Shown here: positions 44,324-56,020 of the stretch, one piece after another
How the letters are laid out: each line of letters opens with the position of its first letter
Numbering within the stretch: position 1 is the stretch's first letter
From: Opitutales bacterium
GTDB taxonomy: Bacteria; Verrucomicrobiota; Verrucomicrobiia; Opitutales; Coraliomargaritaceae
Reading direction: 5' to 3'
NCBI GenBank assembly: GCA_049598495.1
Contig: JBMYNR010000002.1
Coordinates: 53,740 to 117,739, forward strand
Length of the DNA: 64,000 bases
Made by a program: the position numbers and the translations under genes
Notes under the pieces: model-generated
Databases searched by the model: none
The model's input: only the letters and a program-made list of their open reading frames with translations
What the model was told of the DNA's origin: nothing

Positions 44324-45412
44324 ATGCATACTATCCCAGACATAGCCCCGTTTCGCGAAAAGCTCTCCGAGCTGAACGAGCAGATGAATGATCCGGATTT
44401 CTATTCCGACCAGCGCCGCGCCGCAGAGGTCTCTCGTGAGCACCAGCGTCTCAGCACCCTGATCGAGAAATTTGAACTCTATCATCGCACTTCCAAGCAG
44501 ATCGAAGAGAACACCTCGATGGCCGCAGATGAATCCGTCGAAGCAGAACTCCGCGAGATGGCTGCCGAAGAAGTCGCCGATCTGACCGAAGAGCGCGACC
44601 GGCTGGTTAAGGACGTCCTTCGTTTTATGATCCCGCCCGACGCGACCGACAGCCGCAACTCGGTCATGGAAATCCGTGGCGGTGCAGGCGGCGACGAAGC
44701 CAACATCTTCGCCGGCGATCTCTTCCGTATGTATAGCCGCTACGCGGAAACAAGGGGTTGGAAGGTTGAAGTGATGAGCTCGAGCCCAGCTGACGTCGGC
44801 GGGTTCAAGGAAATCATTTTTCAACTAACCGGAGAGGATGCCTACAAATATCTCAAGTTCGAGAGTGGTGTTCACCGGGTGCAGCGTGTGCCCGCAACCG
44901 AGACCCAAGGGCGCATCCACACCTCAACTGCGACCGTTGCTGTGCTTCCTGAAGCCGAGGAGGTCGACATCGAAATCAATCCCAACGATCTCGAGATTTC
45001 GACGATGCGAGCGAGTGGGGCAGGGGGGCAGCACGTGAATACGACCGACTCTGCTGTGATGATGGTGCATAAACCCACGGGGGTCACTGTTTACTGCGCG
45101 GATGAACGCTCCCAAATCAAGAATCGCGCAAAGGCACTTGCCGTCATGCGCTCTCGGCTACTACAAGCCAAGATCGACGAGGAGAATGCGAAATATGCTG
45201 CCGAACGAAAGGGCCAGATCGGAACCGGGGACCGCTCCGAGCGGATTCGCACCTACAATTACCCACAGGGCCGCCTAACCGACCACCGGATCGGTCTCAA
45301 TCTATCTCTGCCTACAGTCATCGACGGCAACCTCAATGATCTGATCGATGCACTTCAGAACTACGATTACGAAGCGCGCATCCAGAATCTTCTCGAGAAG
45401 CAACCCTCCTAA
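44324..45412 (+). CDS. prfA: Peptide chain release factor 1
   Basis: [12 protein letters not shown] (PxT motif), GAGGQHVN; followed by prmC. Confidence 0.97.
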   Translation: MHTIPDIAPFREKLSELNEQMNDPDFYSDQRRAAEVSREHQRLSTLIEKFELYHRTSKQIEENTSMAADESVEAELREMAAEEVADLTEERDRLVKDVLRFMIPPDATDSRNSVMEIRGGAGGDEANIFAGDLFRMYSRYAETRGWKVEVMSSSPADVGGFKEIIFQLTGEDAYKYLKFESGVHRVQRVPATETQGRIHTSTATVAVLPEAEEVDIEINPNDLEISTMRASGAGGQHVNTTDSAVMMVHKPTGVTVYCADERSQIKNRAKALAVMRSRLLQAKIDEENAKYAAERKGQIGTGDRSERIRTYNYPQGRLTDHRIGLNLSLPTVIDGNLNDLIDALQNYDYEARIQNLLEKQPS

Positions 45413-45414
45413 GT

Positions 45415-46260
45415 ATGCTCAGTATCCGAGAGATCAAAGCAAAGACGGAGCAGTTTTTTGAAGAACGAGGGGTCCCCAACCCCAAACTGGATACAGACAT
45501 CCTGATCGCACACTCGCTCGGTATCCAACGCCTCGATCTCTACCTCGATCTGGAGCGCCCACTGACGGAGGCCCAACTCGCGGAGCTAAGACCCCTGGTT
45601 AAGCGGCGTGCGTCCAGAGAGCCGCTCCAGTATATCCTCGGCTACACCGAATTTTGCGGATTACGCCTACAGGTGGATAAACGCGCGCTGATTCCCCGGC
45701 ATGAAACCGAGGAGCTTGTCGAATTGATTCAGGAATCCGTAGAGCAGCCACCCAAGCGTATTCTTGATTTGGGCACGGGAACCGGTGCCCTTGCGCTCGC
45801 GCTTGCCTCGAAATACCCCGAAGCCGAAGTCACTGCCATCGATCGGAGCCCCGAGGCACTGGCACTAGCAACCGGGAACGCAGAGAAATTGGGCCTCAAA
45901 GAACGCATTCGCTTCCTCGAGGGGAACTGGTGGTCGCCCCTTGCTGATGACGAGCTCTTTGATCTCATTGTCTCCAATCCGCCCTATTTAACCGATGGGG
46001 AGATGCGGACGGCAGAGCCGGAGGTTGTAAACCACGAGCCACACAGTGCCCTCGTTGCCGGAGCTGACGGCCTGGATGACTTCCGAGTCCTACTTGAAGG
46101 GGCTCCAAAGTATCTAAATGCAGGCGGGCTCCTTGCGATGGAAACGGGTATCGCACAGAGTGAGGCCCTCTCGAAAATGGCGGGCTCCGTCAGCCTGGCC
46201 GGAAAAAGCCTCGAAGACCTAAGTGGCCGTGTCCGGTTCTTCTTCGCCCGACGGGCCTAG
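45415..46260 (+). CDS. prmC: Release factor glutamine methyltransferase
   Basis: [19 protein letters not shown]. Confidence 0.95.
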   Translation: MLSIREIKAKTEQFFEERGVPNPKLDTDILIAHSLGIQRLDLYLDLERPLTEAQLAELRPLVKRRASREPLQYILGYTEFCGLRLQVDKRALIPRHETEELVELIQESVEQPPKRILDLGTGTGALALALASKYPEAEVTAIDRSPEALALATGNAEKLGLKERIRFLEGNWWSPLADDELFDLIVSNPPYLTDGEMRTAEPEVVNHEPHSALVAGADGLDDFRVLLEGAPKYLNAGGLLAMETGIAQSEALSKMAGSVSLAGKSLEDLSGRVRFFFARRA

Positions 46261-47820
46261 ATTCACTTCAGCCCAGTCCAAAAACTGTGCCGCAGATGCG
46301 TAAGCGGTCTGCAATGGCTGACCGCCAGCGTCGCGCACTATTTTCTCCTCTGAAGGTTCAAAAACCCGGACGACGACCTGCGTCGGGCAGTCTTTCAGAT
46401 ATTCCAAAGCCAACAGGGCATCGCCGGTTCGTCGCATCGAGCAAAAGACGACCTTCGCCTGACGGCAATGCGCACGCTCCAGTGTCCGAATATCCGATCC
46501 GTCTCCCTGCACACAGGGGATATCTTTGGCGATTAACTGGCGGATGACGGAGGCATCCTCATCGACCACAACCATCTCCATCCCACGCTCAACCAGGGCT
46601 CGCAGGGTGGGCGGCCCCGCACGGCCAAAGCCCAGTAGGACGGCATGATTCGTCATCGTCTTGCAGGCGGTTTCTCCCTTTCGGTAGCGCGGATGCCACT
46701 TAACCAGGCGCAGCGCCACCGACTCTCTGGAGATAAACGGCGTGAGTGTCATCGTGCTCACGGTGATCAGGGCGATCATTGAAAAAAGCTCTGAACTGAT
46801 TTGCCCCGAGGCGACCCCCGTGAGTGCAAGCAGGAGCGAGAACTCGCTGGTTTGGGAAAGAATCACTCCGGCCTCCACACCTGCACGGCTCGAATAACCC
46901 ACGGCCTCCGCGATAATCGCCACCAGAAGAACAGTGACTAGAATGAGAACCCCAATGAAGATCAGGCTGTGCACGATCATCGTTAGATCCGGAACAATCA
47001 GGTAGGCGCCCACGCTGATGAAAAAGAGCGCGAGAAAAAACCCCGAGAGCGAGCCCAGCATCCCCCGGACCAAGCCATTCATCGGAAATGCAGAGATGGC
47101 AAATCCTGCAAAGAAGGCACCCACAAGAAAGGGCAGCTGTAACATGTAGGACATAGCCGAGAAGGCGAAAAGCACAGCCAGCGAAAAGAGCATGAGTTCT
47201 TCGTCATCTAATCGAAGCCGCTTGACCAGAAATGGAACCAACCAGCGGTGAAAACCGGCCGCCAGCAAGCCGAGTGCCATTGCATTGGCCATCCCCTGAA
47301 GGACCATCGGCCAACCATGTGGCGCCTTAAGCAAGGCCACCATAATTAGAACAATGAAGATATCCTGAAGCAGCAATACTCCGAGAACAAGCCGCCCATA
47401 CGGTTCGAACATCTGTCTGCGCTGCTGCAAGTGGCGCACGACAACCAGGGTCGAGCTCGCCGAGAGCGCGCAGCCCAGATAAAGCGCCGTCGTCCATCCG
47501 TAGCCGAGAAAGAGTGCCGTGACCACCCCGCTGGCTCCGAGGATAAAGAACTGGCTCACAGCGAGAATGGTAATCGCACGCGTCCTTCCGCGCATCCGCC
47601 GCGGACTCAACTCGACCCCCGCAGTAAAGACGAGCACCGCGAGCCCAATTTGGATCATCTCCTTGAGAAGCTCATCCGGCACCTCGACGGCCTTGTCGTC
47701 TAATAATGCACCCAGCGCGGCACCACAGAGTAAAAGTAGAGGGATCGCCGGTAATCGCAGAAACTTCGAGACCCCAAAGGCAATGGCTGCCGCGAGCAGA
47801 AGAATGGCCATCGCGTTCAT
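46219..47820 (-). CDS. CPA2 cation:proton antiporter with TrkA-N domain (Kef-like)
   Basis: SSTLVVV, LLLQD, QTSEFS, GFGRAG. Confidence 0.88.
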   Translation of the reverse strand: MNAMAILLLAAAIAFGVSKFLRLPAIPLLLLCGAALGALLDDKAVEVPDELLKEMIQIGLAVLVFTAGVELSPRRMRGRTRAITILAVSQFFILGASGVVTALFLGYGWTTALYLGCALSASSTLVVVRHLQQRRQMFEPYGRLVLGVLLLQDIFIVLIMVALLKAPHGWPMVLQGMANAMALGLLAAGFHRWLVPFLVKRLRLDDEELMLFSLAVLFAFSAMSYMLQLPFLVGAFFAGFAISAFPMNGLVRGMLGSLSGFFLALFFISVGAYLIVPDLTMIVHSLIFIGVLILVTVLLVAIIAEAVGYSSRAGVEAGVILSQTSEFSLLLALTGVASGQISSELFSMIALITVSTMTLTPFISRESVALRLVKWHPRYRKGETACKTMTNHAVLLGFGRAGPPTLRALVERGMEMVVVDEDASVIRQLIAKDIPCVQGDGSDIRTLERAHCRQAKVVFCSMRRTGDALLALEYLKDCPTQVVVRVFEPSEEKIVRDAGGQPLQTAYASAAQFLDWAEVNLGPSGEEEPDTAT

Positions 47821-49472
47821 ACGGGGTCCACCCCCTCTCCCGGTTCATTCATCCGATCCAGCAGAGATAGTTGCTCTCTCACCGCATCCACTGCCGGCAT
47901 AAACATGTAGCTGGTATCCAACTCCAGAAGATCATCGATCGCGGAGACATCAAATGCATGGATCGCGCAGGTCACGCCAGCAGAGCGACAACGGTAAGCC
48001 AACAGATGGTTCGCATCCTCGATCCGGAGCGCAGAAACCACCATCCTCGCGCGGCGCAGGCCGATTTCTTCCACGACAGATTCGTATTCCACATTGCCGA
48101 TCAAGGTTCCGGCCGGAGACAGGCCTTTCAGTTTATCGGGATCCGTATCAATGGCCAAGACATCCTCACCGCGATTCGCCAACTGTTTCACGATCTCGCG
48201 CCCAAGCGCGTTCATCCCAACTACGATCACGTGTCCCTCGCGGATACTCAATTCTTCGTGATCCATTTCCTGCTTCGCTTTGAAAACCTGCAGCAGAGAT
48301 AGTTTTTGGAAGATCCCATAGAGCGGATCACTGTAAAGGATCAAATACGAGGAAATCGCAATCGTCAGCATACCCACGAGCCCGCCGATCGAGACAATCA
48401 TCCCCTCAATCAAACCGGAAGCCGCGCCAAGCCCGAGCAGGATAAAGGCAAACTCACTAACCTGGCCGGTCGCCGTCGCGCTCTGAAAGGCTGTGTATTC
48501 GCTATAGCGCAAACGATTCAGAATGGTGAACACAATCAATGGCTTGACGAAAATAACGAAAGCACTGAAACCCAGGACATAGAGCCAAATCTCGCCCAGA
48601 ATAGTGAGATCGATCTTGATCCCGAGGGTCACGAGAAAGACCGCCACAAAGAAAGTCATCAAAGGGTGCAATCGGCGCTGCAAATCCTCATGGATCGGCA
48701 ACTGGGCGATTGCTAAGCCCGCGAGAAAGGCACCAATTTCAACCGACAAGTGGAACTGATGCGCCAGCAAGACGACGAGAAAGCACCAACACAGCGCCCA
48801 AATGAAAACCGTGTCCGGAGATCGCGCCGCCCAAGCGAACGGTCGGGGCAGGAGATAGCGGGAGGCCAATAAGGCGACGAGCAATAGCACGAACATACCT
48901 CCGAAGGCGGCACACAGGCCCTTTATCAGGGCCAATATTTCAATCGCATCACCCGAGCCAATCCCGCTGATTACTGTCAGCAAAACAATAACGACGATGT
49001 CCTGCGCGAGAAAAAGTGAGATAGAAATACGCCCGTAGAGTCGACCCGTCGCCCCTTTTTGATCGAGCAACTTGATCACCACAACGGTACTACTAAAGGT
49101 CACCGTCGCGGCCAGAAAGACCGACGGCAGTCGCGCAAAGCCCATCAACTGGGCGATGATGAAGCCCCCGACTGCCGTGAGCAGAACCTGCAAGCCCCCC
49201 AAGATCAAAGCGACACGCCCGAGATCCTTAATCTTCTGCAGGCTGAGCTCAAGACCGACGAGGAACAACAAGAGGGCAATCCCTAACTCCGATATTAGCT
49301 CCAGTGCATGGTCGAGTTTGACCAAGCCTAAACCCGGCCCGAGGAGCACCCCCGCGAGGATGTAAGCAACCAGTGAGGGCATCTTGACGAGCTTGCCCAC
49401 GAAGGCGAAAACGGCTGCGGTAATGACGATAAAGCCAAGATTCAACAGCAGTGTGAGTTCAGTCGCGTGCAT
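47817..49472 (-). CDS. CPA2 cation:proton antiporter with TrkA-N domain (Kef-like paralog)
   Basis: [28 protein letters not shown]. Confidence 0.88.
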   Translation of the reverse strand: MHATELTLLLNLGFIVITAAVFAFVGKLVKMPSLVAYILAGVLLGPGLGLVKLDHALELISELGIALLLFLVGLELSLQKIKDLGRVALILGGLQVLLTAVGGFIIAQLMGFARLPSVFLAATVTFSSTVVVIKLLDQKGATGRLYGRISISLFLAQDIVVIVLLTVISGIGSGDAIEILALIKGLCAAFGGMFVLLLVALLASRYLLPRPFAWAARSPDTVFIWALCWCFLVVLLAHQFHLSVEIGAFLAGLAIAQLPIHEDLQRRLHPLMTFFVAVFLVTLGIKIDLTILGEIWLYVLGFSAFVIFVKPLIVFTILNRLRYSEYTAFQSATATGQVSEFAFILLGLGAASGLIEGMIVSIGGLVGMLTIAISSYLILYSDPLYGIFQKLSLLQVFKAKQEMDHEELSIREGHVIVVGMNALGREIVKQLANRGEDVLAIDTDPDKLKGLSPAGTLIGNVEYESVVEEIGLRRARMVVSALRIEDANHLLAYRCRSAGVTCAIHAFDVSAIDDLLELDTSYMFMPAVDAVREQLSLLDRMNEPGEGVDPV

Positions 49473-49521
49473 TAACTCCTACGAGAATAGGCTAGCAACG
49501 GGCCTAAGCAATAGAGAAGGC

Positions 49522-50790
49522 TCAGACTTTATCGTTCAAGGCACTGCCTTCGAGTGAATCGAGACCCTGAATACGCTCCAGCACTTCCCCGATCAGATAG
49601 ATTGAACCGGTGACCACAATCGTATCACCGGGCGCACCCAACTCACAGGCCGATGCCTCCGGAAAGAGCGTTGCCAGATCAGAAAAAATGGCCACACGGC
49701 TCAAGCAACTCTGCATGAACTCCCTCGAAGTGGCGCGGTCCTGTTTCGGCTCCACGAGATAAATCTCGCGCGCGTGACAGCCGACTACCTCCATCAAGCT
49801 GCGCGCCCGGTCTTCGCCAAGAGTGCCCGCGAGGATAATCGGCTGGCGACCCTCGGCCTCGAAGAGTGCCTGTAGATTCGCAGCCAACGCTTCGACTCCC
49901 TCCGGATTGTGGGTCGCATCCAGAATGAGCTTTCGCCCCGAGATCTCAATCGTTTGCCAGCGGCCCGCCCATTCCACGGACATTAAAGCACTCGTATCCT
50001 TCACCGGAAATCTATCGGCCAGAATCTCAGTCGCGTAAACCGCAGTCGCCGCATTCCAGCGTTGAAAATCGCCCGCCAGATTTGTCCGAGGCAGAGAGGC
50101 CTCATCAGGGAAACGATCCGTCAACCGGTAGAGCGGGGACCCGCGCTCCTCAGCCACTCGACTGACAACCGCCGCCGCCTCGGGTGGTAGCTTACCCATA
50201 AGAACGGGCTTACCCGGCTTGATAATACCCGCCTTCTCGCCGGCAATTGCAGCCAGCGTGTCGCCGAGCATTTCGGTATGGTCGAGGCTGATCGTGGTGA
50301 TGATGGAAAGCTCCGGATCAACCACGTTCGTCGCGTCGAGTCGTCCACCGAGCCCTGTCTCGATGCATGCGATCTCCACTTGCGCCTCAGCAAAACGCAG
50401 AAAGGCCATCGCCGTTACGAACTCGAAGAATGTCGGGTGTAGGTCAGGGTTATCCTTCCCCAGTTTTGCCGCCACTGGTTTTAACTTTTCCGTATAGCGG
50501 CGAATGGCGTCCGCCGATAGGACCCGTCGGTTCACTTGAGCACGCTCACCGAGATGAACCAAATGGGGCGAACTAAAAAAGCCCGTCTTGTAACCGTTCG
50601 AGCGATACAGTGCCTCGAGCATCGCACAGACGGAGCCTTTTCCGTTGCTTCCGGCCACATGAATCAGCGGGAAAGTTCTCTCGGGATGGCCGAGAGCGTC
50701 TACCAAGAGACGCATGCGATCGATCCCATACTTGGAACCTCGGTTCTTTAGGCCGTAGAGGTAGTCAAGCGTGTCAGCGTAAGTGGACAT
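49522..50790 (-). CDS. folC: Dihydrofolate/folylpolyglutamate synthase
   Basis: [28 protein letters not shown]; start MSTY at 50790. Confidence 0.95.
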   Translation of the reverse strand: MSTYADTLDYLYGLKNRGSKYGIDRMRLLVDALGHPERTFPLIHVAGSNGKGSVCAMLEALYRSNGYKTGFFSSPHLVHLGERAQVNRRVLSADAIRRYTEKLKPVAAKLGKDNPDLHPTFFEFVTAMAFLRFAEAQVEIACIETGLGGRLDATNVVDPELSIITTISLDHTEMLGDTLAAIAGEKAGIIKPGKPVLMGKLPPEAAAVVSRVAEERGSPLYRLTDRFPDEASLPRTNLAGDFQRWNAATAVYATEILADRFPVKDTSALMSVEWAGRWQTIEISGRKLILDATHNPEGVEALAANLQALFEAEGRQPIILAGTLGEDRARSLMEVVGCHAREIYLVEPKQDRATSREFMQSCLSRVAIFSDLATLFPEASACELGAPGDTIVVTGSIYLIGEVLERIQGLDSLEGSALNDKV

Positions 50791-50822
50791 CCGAGAATTT
50801 TCTACAACTACACGCATCGTCA

Positions 50823-51197
50823 CTACAACGAAAGTCGGCGAATTCCATCCTTCAGCCGGACAACGTTAAAGTTTATGAGTAGGCCCACTTTGCAGTCGGT
50901 CAGTTTCATGTAGGTCATGAGCTGTGCCTCGTGTATCGATGCCAACTCCTTAACGACTTTCAATTCAACGATCACTTCATTTTCCACAATCAGGTCGAGG
51001 TAATCGTCGTCGTCCAAAACAAAATCCTTATACCGCAGATCGAGCTTTACTTGCCGTCTTACTTCAATCCCCCGCAGCCCCAACTCATGCGCCAGACTCT
51101 TCTCATAGATACTCTCAATCAGCCCGGGGCCCCAATGGCTGTGCACTTCGATAGCGGCACCGATGATCTTTCCGGTCAGTTCCGTTTGCTCATCCAT
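50823..51197 (-). CDS. GxxExxY protein (PD-(D/E)XK nuclease-like), intact
   Basis: [47 protein letters not shown]; lies between accD and folC. Confidence 0.92.
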   Translation of the reverse strand: MDEQTELTGKIIGAAIEVHSHWGPGLIESIYEKSLAHELGLRGIEVRRQVKLDLRYKDFVLDDDDYLDLIVENEVIVELKVVKELASIHEAQLMTYMKLTDCKVGLLINFNVVRLKDGIRRLSL

Positions 51198-51262
51198 AGT
51201 CAACCTCCTAAAATTCGCGCACACCGCGCTAGAGCGAGGCGGTTGTAAATATTCAGCCTAAG

Positions 51263-52117
51263 CTAGGCCGTTTGTTTGGCTCCATAAAACGCCCGCATCA
51301 GGTTAATCATGCGCGCCCGCATCTCGCCACGAGGTGTGATCATATCAACCAGCCCGTGCTCGAGTAGGAACTCTGAGGTCTGGAAACCTGCCGGAAGATC
51401 CTGCTGTGTTGTCTCCTTGATCACGCGCGGTCCGGCAAATCCAATAAGGGCCTCTGGCTCAGCAATAATCACATCGCCCAGAGAGGCGTAACTGGCCATT
51501 ACTCCGGCCATCGTTGGATTCGTGAGAACGGAGAAGAAGGGGAGGCCGGCTTCGCTCAGTTTGGCCAAAGCCGCACTGGTCTTGGCCAGTTGCATCAAAC
51601 TAAGAATACCCTCCTGCATACGGGCACCACCAGACGCCGAGACCACAATCACCGGGCAGTTCTTCTCCAGGCCGCGCTCGATGGCGCGTGTGATCTTCTC
51701 ACCCGCAGCGGAACCGAGGCTCGCCGCCATAAATCGGAAATCCATCACTGCGATACTCACCGGTATTTCCCCCATCGTGCCCATGCCTGAGATGACTGTA
51801 TCGGTCTCCTTGGTCTTGGCTTGGTTTTGCTTCAGCTTCTCGGGATAAGAAGAGGTCGCATTAAACTCCAGCGGGTCTAGCGAATGCACGCCCATATCCA
51901 TTTCCTCAAAGGAGCCTTCATCCAGAAGCGACGCGATTCGGTCGCGCGCATGAAGGGGGAAGTGGTAGCCGCTATTCGGCACAACCATGAGATTTTCTTT
52001 GAGCACCCGGTTGTAGATGATCTCACCTGTCTTGGGGCATTTGGTCCAGAGATCCTTGGGGATGTCCTTTTTCTTAACCGTAACGGTCGAATACTGTGGT
52101 TTTCCGAAGAGTGCCAT
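51263..52117 (-). CDS. accD: Acetyl-CoA carboxylase carboxyltransferase beta subunit
   Basis: [23 protein letters not shown]. Confidence 0.96.
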   Translation of the reverse strand: MALFGKPQYSTVTVKKKDIPKDLWTKCPKTGEIIYNRVLKENLMVVPNSGYHFPLHARDRIASLLDEGSFEEMDMGVHSLDPLEFNATSSYPEKLKQNQAKTKETDTVISGMGTMGEIPVSIAVMDFRFMAASLGSAAGEKITRAIERGLEKNCPVIVVSASGGARMQEGILSLMQLAKTSAALAKLSEAGLPFFSVLTNPTMAGVMASYASLGDVIIAEPEALIGFAGPRVIKETTQQDLPAGFQTSEFLLEHGLVDMITPRGEMRARMINLMRAFYGAKQTA

Positions 52118-52203
52118 AATATGTGGGAAAGATTGAAAGTGTGAAGATAAGAAGGTGAGAGTCGTTTCGGCTTTTCCGCGTTTCGATGATTTCAGATTCT
52201 CAA

Positions 52204-52929
52204 TTAGCCGTGCCCGAGTGTGGCGACTTTGAGATGTGTCGCGCCTGCCTTGCGGAGCACCGCAGCACAGGCGTTAAGAGTCGAACCGGTGGTAAACACG
52301 TCGTCGACAAGGATGTAAGTGTGATCGGGGATTACAACGGCATCGGGAGCCAAAGCAAAGGCATTTTTCACATTTTGGTGACGTGCCGAGCGACTCAAGC
52401 GCGTCTGTGTTTGGGTAAAAATGGTTCTCCGCAGGAGATTCTTCAGCTCCGTACCATCTGTTACTTCGAGTAGCGTGGCAGCAATGCGCTCACTCTGGTT
52501 GAAGCCTCGTTCCCGTAGCCTAGCGGGATGAAGTGGCACCGGAACCAGGATCGAATCACGGAAATAGTCACGATAACCGGATACCCGCTCGATCATACGG
52601 CAAATATCCTCTAATACATAGAAGCCGCCCTTGTATTTAAGTTCGTGGATTAGGGAACGCGCTACGCCTTTTGCCAGAAAAAGGGTCTTCCCCTGATCAA
52701 AGAGCGGCGACAGTTCCGCACAATGTGGACAGATCTTGGGCCCCGCAATCATACCAAAGAAAGGGTAGCCACAGATACTGCAGGCGGGTGACTTGGAAAG
52801 GATGAGTTCTCGAGCACATACACGGCAAAGAAAAGCATAGTCGGAGCCCTCCACAGCACTCCGGCAGCACACGCAACTTCTTGGGAAAAACACTTCCAGC
52901 AATGGTCGCCCGAGCTCCTTGATCACCAT
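52204..52929 (-). CDS. ComF family phosphoribosyltransferase-like protein
   Basis: CxxC zinc ribbons, [18 protein letters not shown]. Confidence 0.88.
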   Translation of the reverse strand: MVIKELGRPLLEVFFPRSCVCCRSAVEGSDYAFLCRVCARELILSKSPACSICGYPFFGMIAGPKICPHCAELSPLFDQGKTLFLAKGVARSLIHELKYKGGFYVLEDICRMIERVSGYRDYFRDSILVPVPLHPARLRERGFNQSERIAATLLEVTDGTELKNLLRRTIFTQTQTRLSRSARHQNVKNAFALAPDAVVIPDHTYILVDDVFTTGSTLNACAAVLRKAGATHLKVATLGHG

Positions 52930-53027
52930 TCCATCATTCCATCGATTTCTGAAAATCGAGTCAAGAAAGTGGGGTGGGAACATCCCGCTCTTTACATAAG
53001 CAGGTGATACGTTAAAAACGCACCCCT

Positions 53028-54575
53028 ATGAACCGCCACTCTTACTATTTATACGCAGGCCTAAGTGTTATTGCTCTGGCGCTAACGGGTTGCCAAACGC
53101 CCCCGACTCAAGTCGACAGAGATGACAACAGACTCGCCCAACCAACATCGGCCGAGACTCGGCCGAATGCCGAAACCCCAATCAATCCGGCACCAGAAGA
53201 AACAGAAAGCGAGAACCCGGCTGTCATTTTTAAGAGCCAACAGATCGAAGTTTCCAAGCGAGTCGTCGACGCCGCCTCCGTGGGTGGTGTTCTCAAATAC
53301 GAAATCTCAATCAAAGCTCTCGACGATATCAATAACGTCCGTGTGAACGAGGTCTTCCCTAATGGTGTTCGTTTCATATCCGCCGACCCATCGAGTAATA
53401 ATACCGGCAACAATGTAAGTTGGACCTTCCCGTCCATGGGTAAGGATCATATCCAGAAAATCGACGTTACCTGCGAACCCACCGCCGAAGGAGACCATCA
53501 AATCTGCTCAACCGTGACTATCGATCATGTCTTCTGTCTCGATTTCTTTGCCGGACAACCAAAGCTTGAAGCCGTCAAAAAGGGTCAACCGTCCGTTGAG
53601 CTGGGCGATGAAGCCAGCTGGACCGTAACCGTGACCAACAGCGGCTCCGCTGCCGCCACCAATGTGGTTGTCATCGATACACTGCCGGATGCCTTTACTG
53701 CCACCAGCAGTCTGCGACAATCGATTGGTGACCTCGCCGCGGGCGAAACCAAAAGTGTTTCCTACACCGCTAAAGCGGTGAAGCAGGGCAAGTTCACCAA
53801 CCAGGCGGTCGCCTCCTACGACGGTGGCGAAAAGGGCGGTTCCGGTGCCAGCCCAATTGCCAGCTCGCCGATTGCTGTTGTCCAATCAGGTATCCGGGTG
53901 CGCAAGACCGGTCCATCTGAAGCTTACGTCTTTAAGCCTGTCGCCTTTGATATCACGGTTGAGAATACCGGCGATACGGATCTGACAAATGTCCGCATCA
54001 CAGACATTCTCCCCTCCGGTAGCTCCGTCGCCGACAATGGCCGCGGTCGTGTCAGTGGAAATGCCATCGGCTGGATGATTCCAAAGCTACCCGCAGGCTC
54101 CAGTCAGTTGATCCGCACCGAGATCGCCGCAACCCGCAAGGGTGAATCCACCAACGCAGTGCGGATCATCTCCGAAAGTGGCCTAGAAGCCTCCGATAGC
54201 GTGACCACCAATTGGCTCGCCGTTCCGGGTGTGACCATTGATATCACCGATAGCAAGGATCCGGTTCGTGAGCGCGAAGCAGTCACCTACGCAATCCAAG
54301 TCAAAAACCAAGGCGATTTTGAACCTGTCAGTGGGACCGTAACCGTCACCTTCAGTGACTCAATCAAACCGACCGCGGTCGGTGGCGATGCCCAGGGCAC
54401 AATCAACGGCCAGACGGTCACGTTTCCAAGGACTACCCTGGAACCGGGCAAAGATACCAACCTCAGCATTACCGCTGAAGGCGCGTCCATCGGCCCGGGG
54501 CGTGCAGTCATGAATTTCAGCGCCGACTTCCTGAACGATCCGATCATCAGCCAAGAAGCGACCAACGTTTACTAG
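53028..54575 (+). CDS. DUF11-repeat lipoprotein (OmcB-like architecture)
   Basis: Lipobox LTGC; repeated V.N.G...ATNV...D.LP Ig-like units. Confidence 0.8.
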   Translation: MNRHSYYLYAGLSVIALALTGCQTPPTQVDRDDNRLAQPTSAETRPNAETPINPAPEETESENPAVIFKSQQIEVSKRVVDAASVGGVLKYEISIKALDDINNVRVNEVFPNGVRFISADPSSNNTGNNVSWTFPSMGKDHIQKIDVTCEPTAEGDHQICSTVTIDHVFCLDFFAGQPKLEAVKKGQPSVELGDEASWTVTVTNSGSAAATNVVVIDTLPDAFTATSSLRQSIGDLAAGETKSVSYTAKAVKQGKFTNQAVASYDGGEKGGSGASPIASSPIAVVQSGIRVRKTGPSEAYVFKPVAFDITVENTGDTDLTNVRITDILPSGSSVADNGRGRVSGNAIGWMIPKLPAGSSQLIRTEIAATRKGESTNAVRIISESGLEASDSVTTNWLAVPGVTIDITDSKDPVREREAVTYAIQVKNQGDFEPVSGTVTVTFSDSIKPTAVGGDAQGTINGQTVTFPRTTLEPGKDTNLSITAEGASIGPGRAVMNFSADFLNDPIISQEATNVY

Positions 54576-54594
54576 ACAAGGGCATGTCCCTTTC

Positions 54595-54627
54595 AAAGCC
54601 GCTCGGGAAACCGAGCGGCTTTTTTTT
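54595..54627 (+). terminator. Intrinsic terminator
   Basis: AAAGCCGCTCGG-GAAA-CCGAGCGGC followed by a T run. Confidence 0.9.
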
Positions 54628-54628
54628 G

Positions 54629-54718
54629 ACCACTAAAACACGCTAAAAGAACGCTCAATCCAGGTTCCGGGTCTTGCCCCCTCGGTTTTTAGCGAAGATT
54701 GAGTGTCCTTTAGCGGTT
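54629..54718. repeat. Gene-less hairpin element with tandem-unit inverted ends
   Basis: ACCACTAAAACACGCTAAAAGAACGCTCAATC ... TTTAGCGAAGATTGAGTGTCCTTTAGCGGTT. Confidence 0.6.
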
Positions 54719-54834
54719 AAAAAATGCACGCTTCAAAGAAGTAAAATTCCTCCAGCCATCCGTCACATCAATCCATTATGAAGCGCTCTTGACCAAAGCT
54801 TGGGGACATGAGGCCAAGGAGCTTAGAATCACGG

Positions 54835-54889
54835 GCCGTATTTTTTATACCACTGATCACCGCTTATGACCTCTAATCCGACTCAGACG
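54835..54889 (+). repeat. Dispersed repeat (copy 2 of 37893-37947)
   Basis: ATACCACTGATCACCGCTTATGACCTCTAA. Confidence 0.75.
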
Positions 54890-54971
54890 GGAAATCATTC
54901 CCATCAAAATGACGATGAACCTTGTTTTTTCTTCGCTTGCAAAATCCGAAATAATAACAAATGTTATAACC

Positions 54972-55202
54972 ATGCCCATTGAAACCAAAGTCCGCAAAAT
55001 CGGCAACTCCTACGGCATCGTTCTACCCAAAGAAGCACTTCAGGCCCTCAAGGTTGAAGAAGGCGCCAGCTTGTATCTGACCGAGGCACCCAACAACACC
55101 CTCAATATCAACCCCGAGCGCCCGGGGTTTGATGAAAAGATGGAAATCGTTGAAAGCCTGATGCAGCGCTATCGCAACACGCTTCGGGAACTAGCTAAAT
55201 GA
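54972..55202 (+). CDS. AbrB/MazE-type antitoxin
   Basis: [16 protein letters not shown]; palindrome ATAACA-AA-TGTTAT at 54954-54967 is a probable operator. Confidence 0.88.
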   Translation: MPIETKVRKIGNSYGIVLPKEALQALKVEEGASLYLTEAPNNTLNINPERPGFDEKMEIVESLMQRYRNTLRELAK

Positions 55203-55594
55203 CAGAGCCGAACTGGGTCACTAAAGAAGAATGCTTGGCGCTTCATGCGATGCTTGTGGCACGTTTCGGTGGAGCGGTTGGAATGCGGGATGAAAGCGCG
55301 TTGGAAACGTCGCTGAACCGTCCCTTACAACATTTCAGCTACAGCAATCCCGCACCAAGCATCATCGAGCTTGCGACTGTTTACTGCTCTGGAATCGTCA
55401 AAAGTCATCCATTCCTCGATGGCAACAAACGCACCGGATTTGTTGCCGCCGCCCTATTTCTCGAGAGCAACGGCTACCAACTCACCGCATCCGAAGAAGA
55501 GGCCGCCATCCAAATTCTCGCCCTTGCCGATAGCCGACTCAGCGATCAGGAACTCACCAGCTGGCTGGAAGCGAACTGCTCAGAGCGAAGCTAA
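55199..55594 (+). CDS. Doc/Fic family toxin
   Basis: [11 protein letters not shown]; start overlaps the antitoxin stop. Confidence 0.9.
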   Translation: MTEPNWVTKEECLALHAMLVARFGGAVGMRDESALETSLNRPLQHFSYSNPAPSIIELATVYCSGIVKSHPFLDGNKRTGFVAAALFLESNGYQLTASEEEAAIQILALADSRLSDQELTSWLEANCSERS

Positions 55595-55837
55595 ATACCC
55601 GCGCCAACCACCGCTCGCTGAAATATCCACGGCGTTTGAGGCCGTCGCCGCTTCGCAGAGGAAGCCATGCACCTTGCGGCCATCGCTGAGCTCGATTTCA
55701 CCGAGACCAAGCGGCTGGCGAATTGTCGAAAGAAACTCGCCGAGTGCTGTCTTCGGGAAGGACCATTCCTCAGCCGTAATTGAAACGCCAACTTCGCCCG
55801 GGCAGACGACACCCCGGATCACACTCATTGAGCACAT
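55580..55837 (-). pseudogene. C-terminal fragment resembling allophanate hydrolase
   Basis: [32 protein letters not shown]...[12 protein letters not shown]; no amidase domain upstream. Confidence 0.7.
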
Positions 55838-56020
55838 GAGCCGTTTTCACCCCCTCCCGATGCAAAGAGCCTTGCCACATCCTCTCGCTTGTTTTTCCTC
55901 CCCAACATTCGAGGGACTCCCTCCGTTGCGCAAATACGTAAGTATCCAAGCAAATATACATTTTTGAATCCATCCATCGGAGACTATAACCAAGCACTTC
56001 AATTTTAACGCTAATCTATT

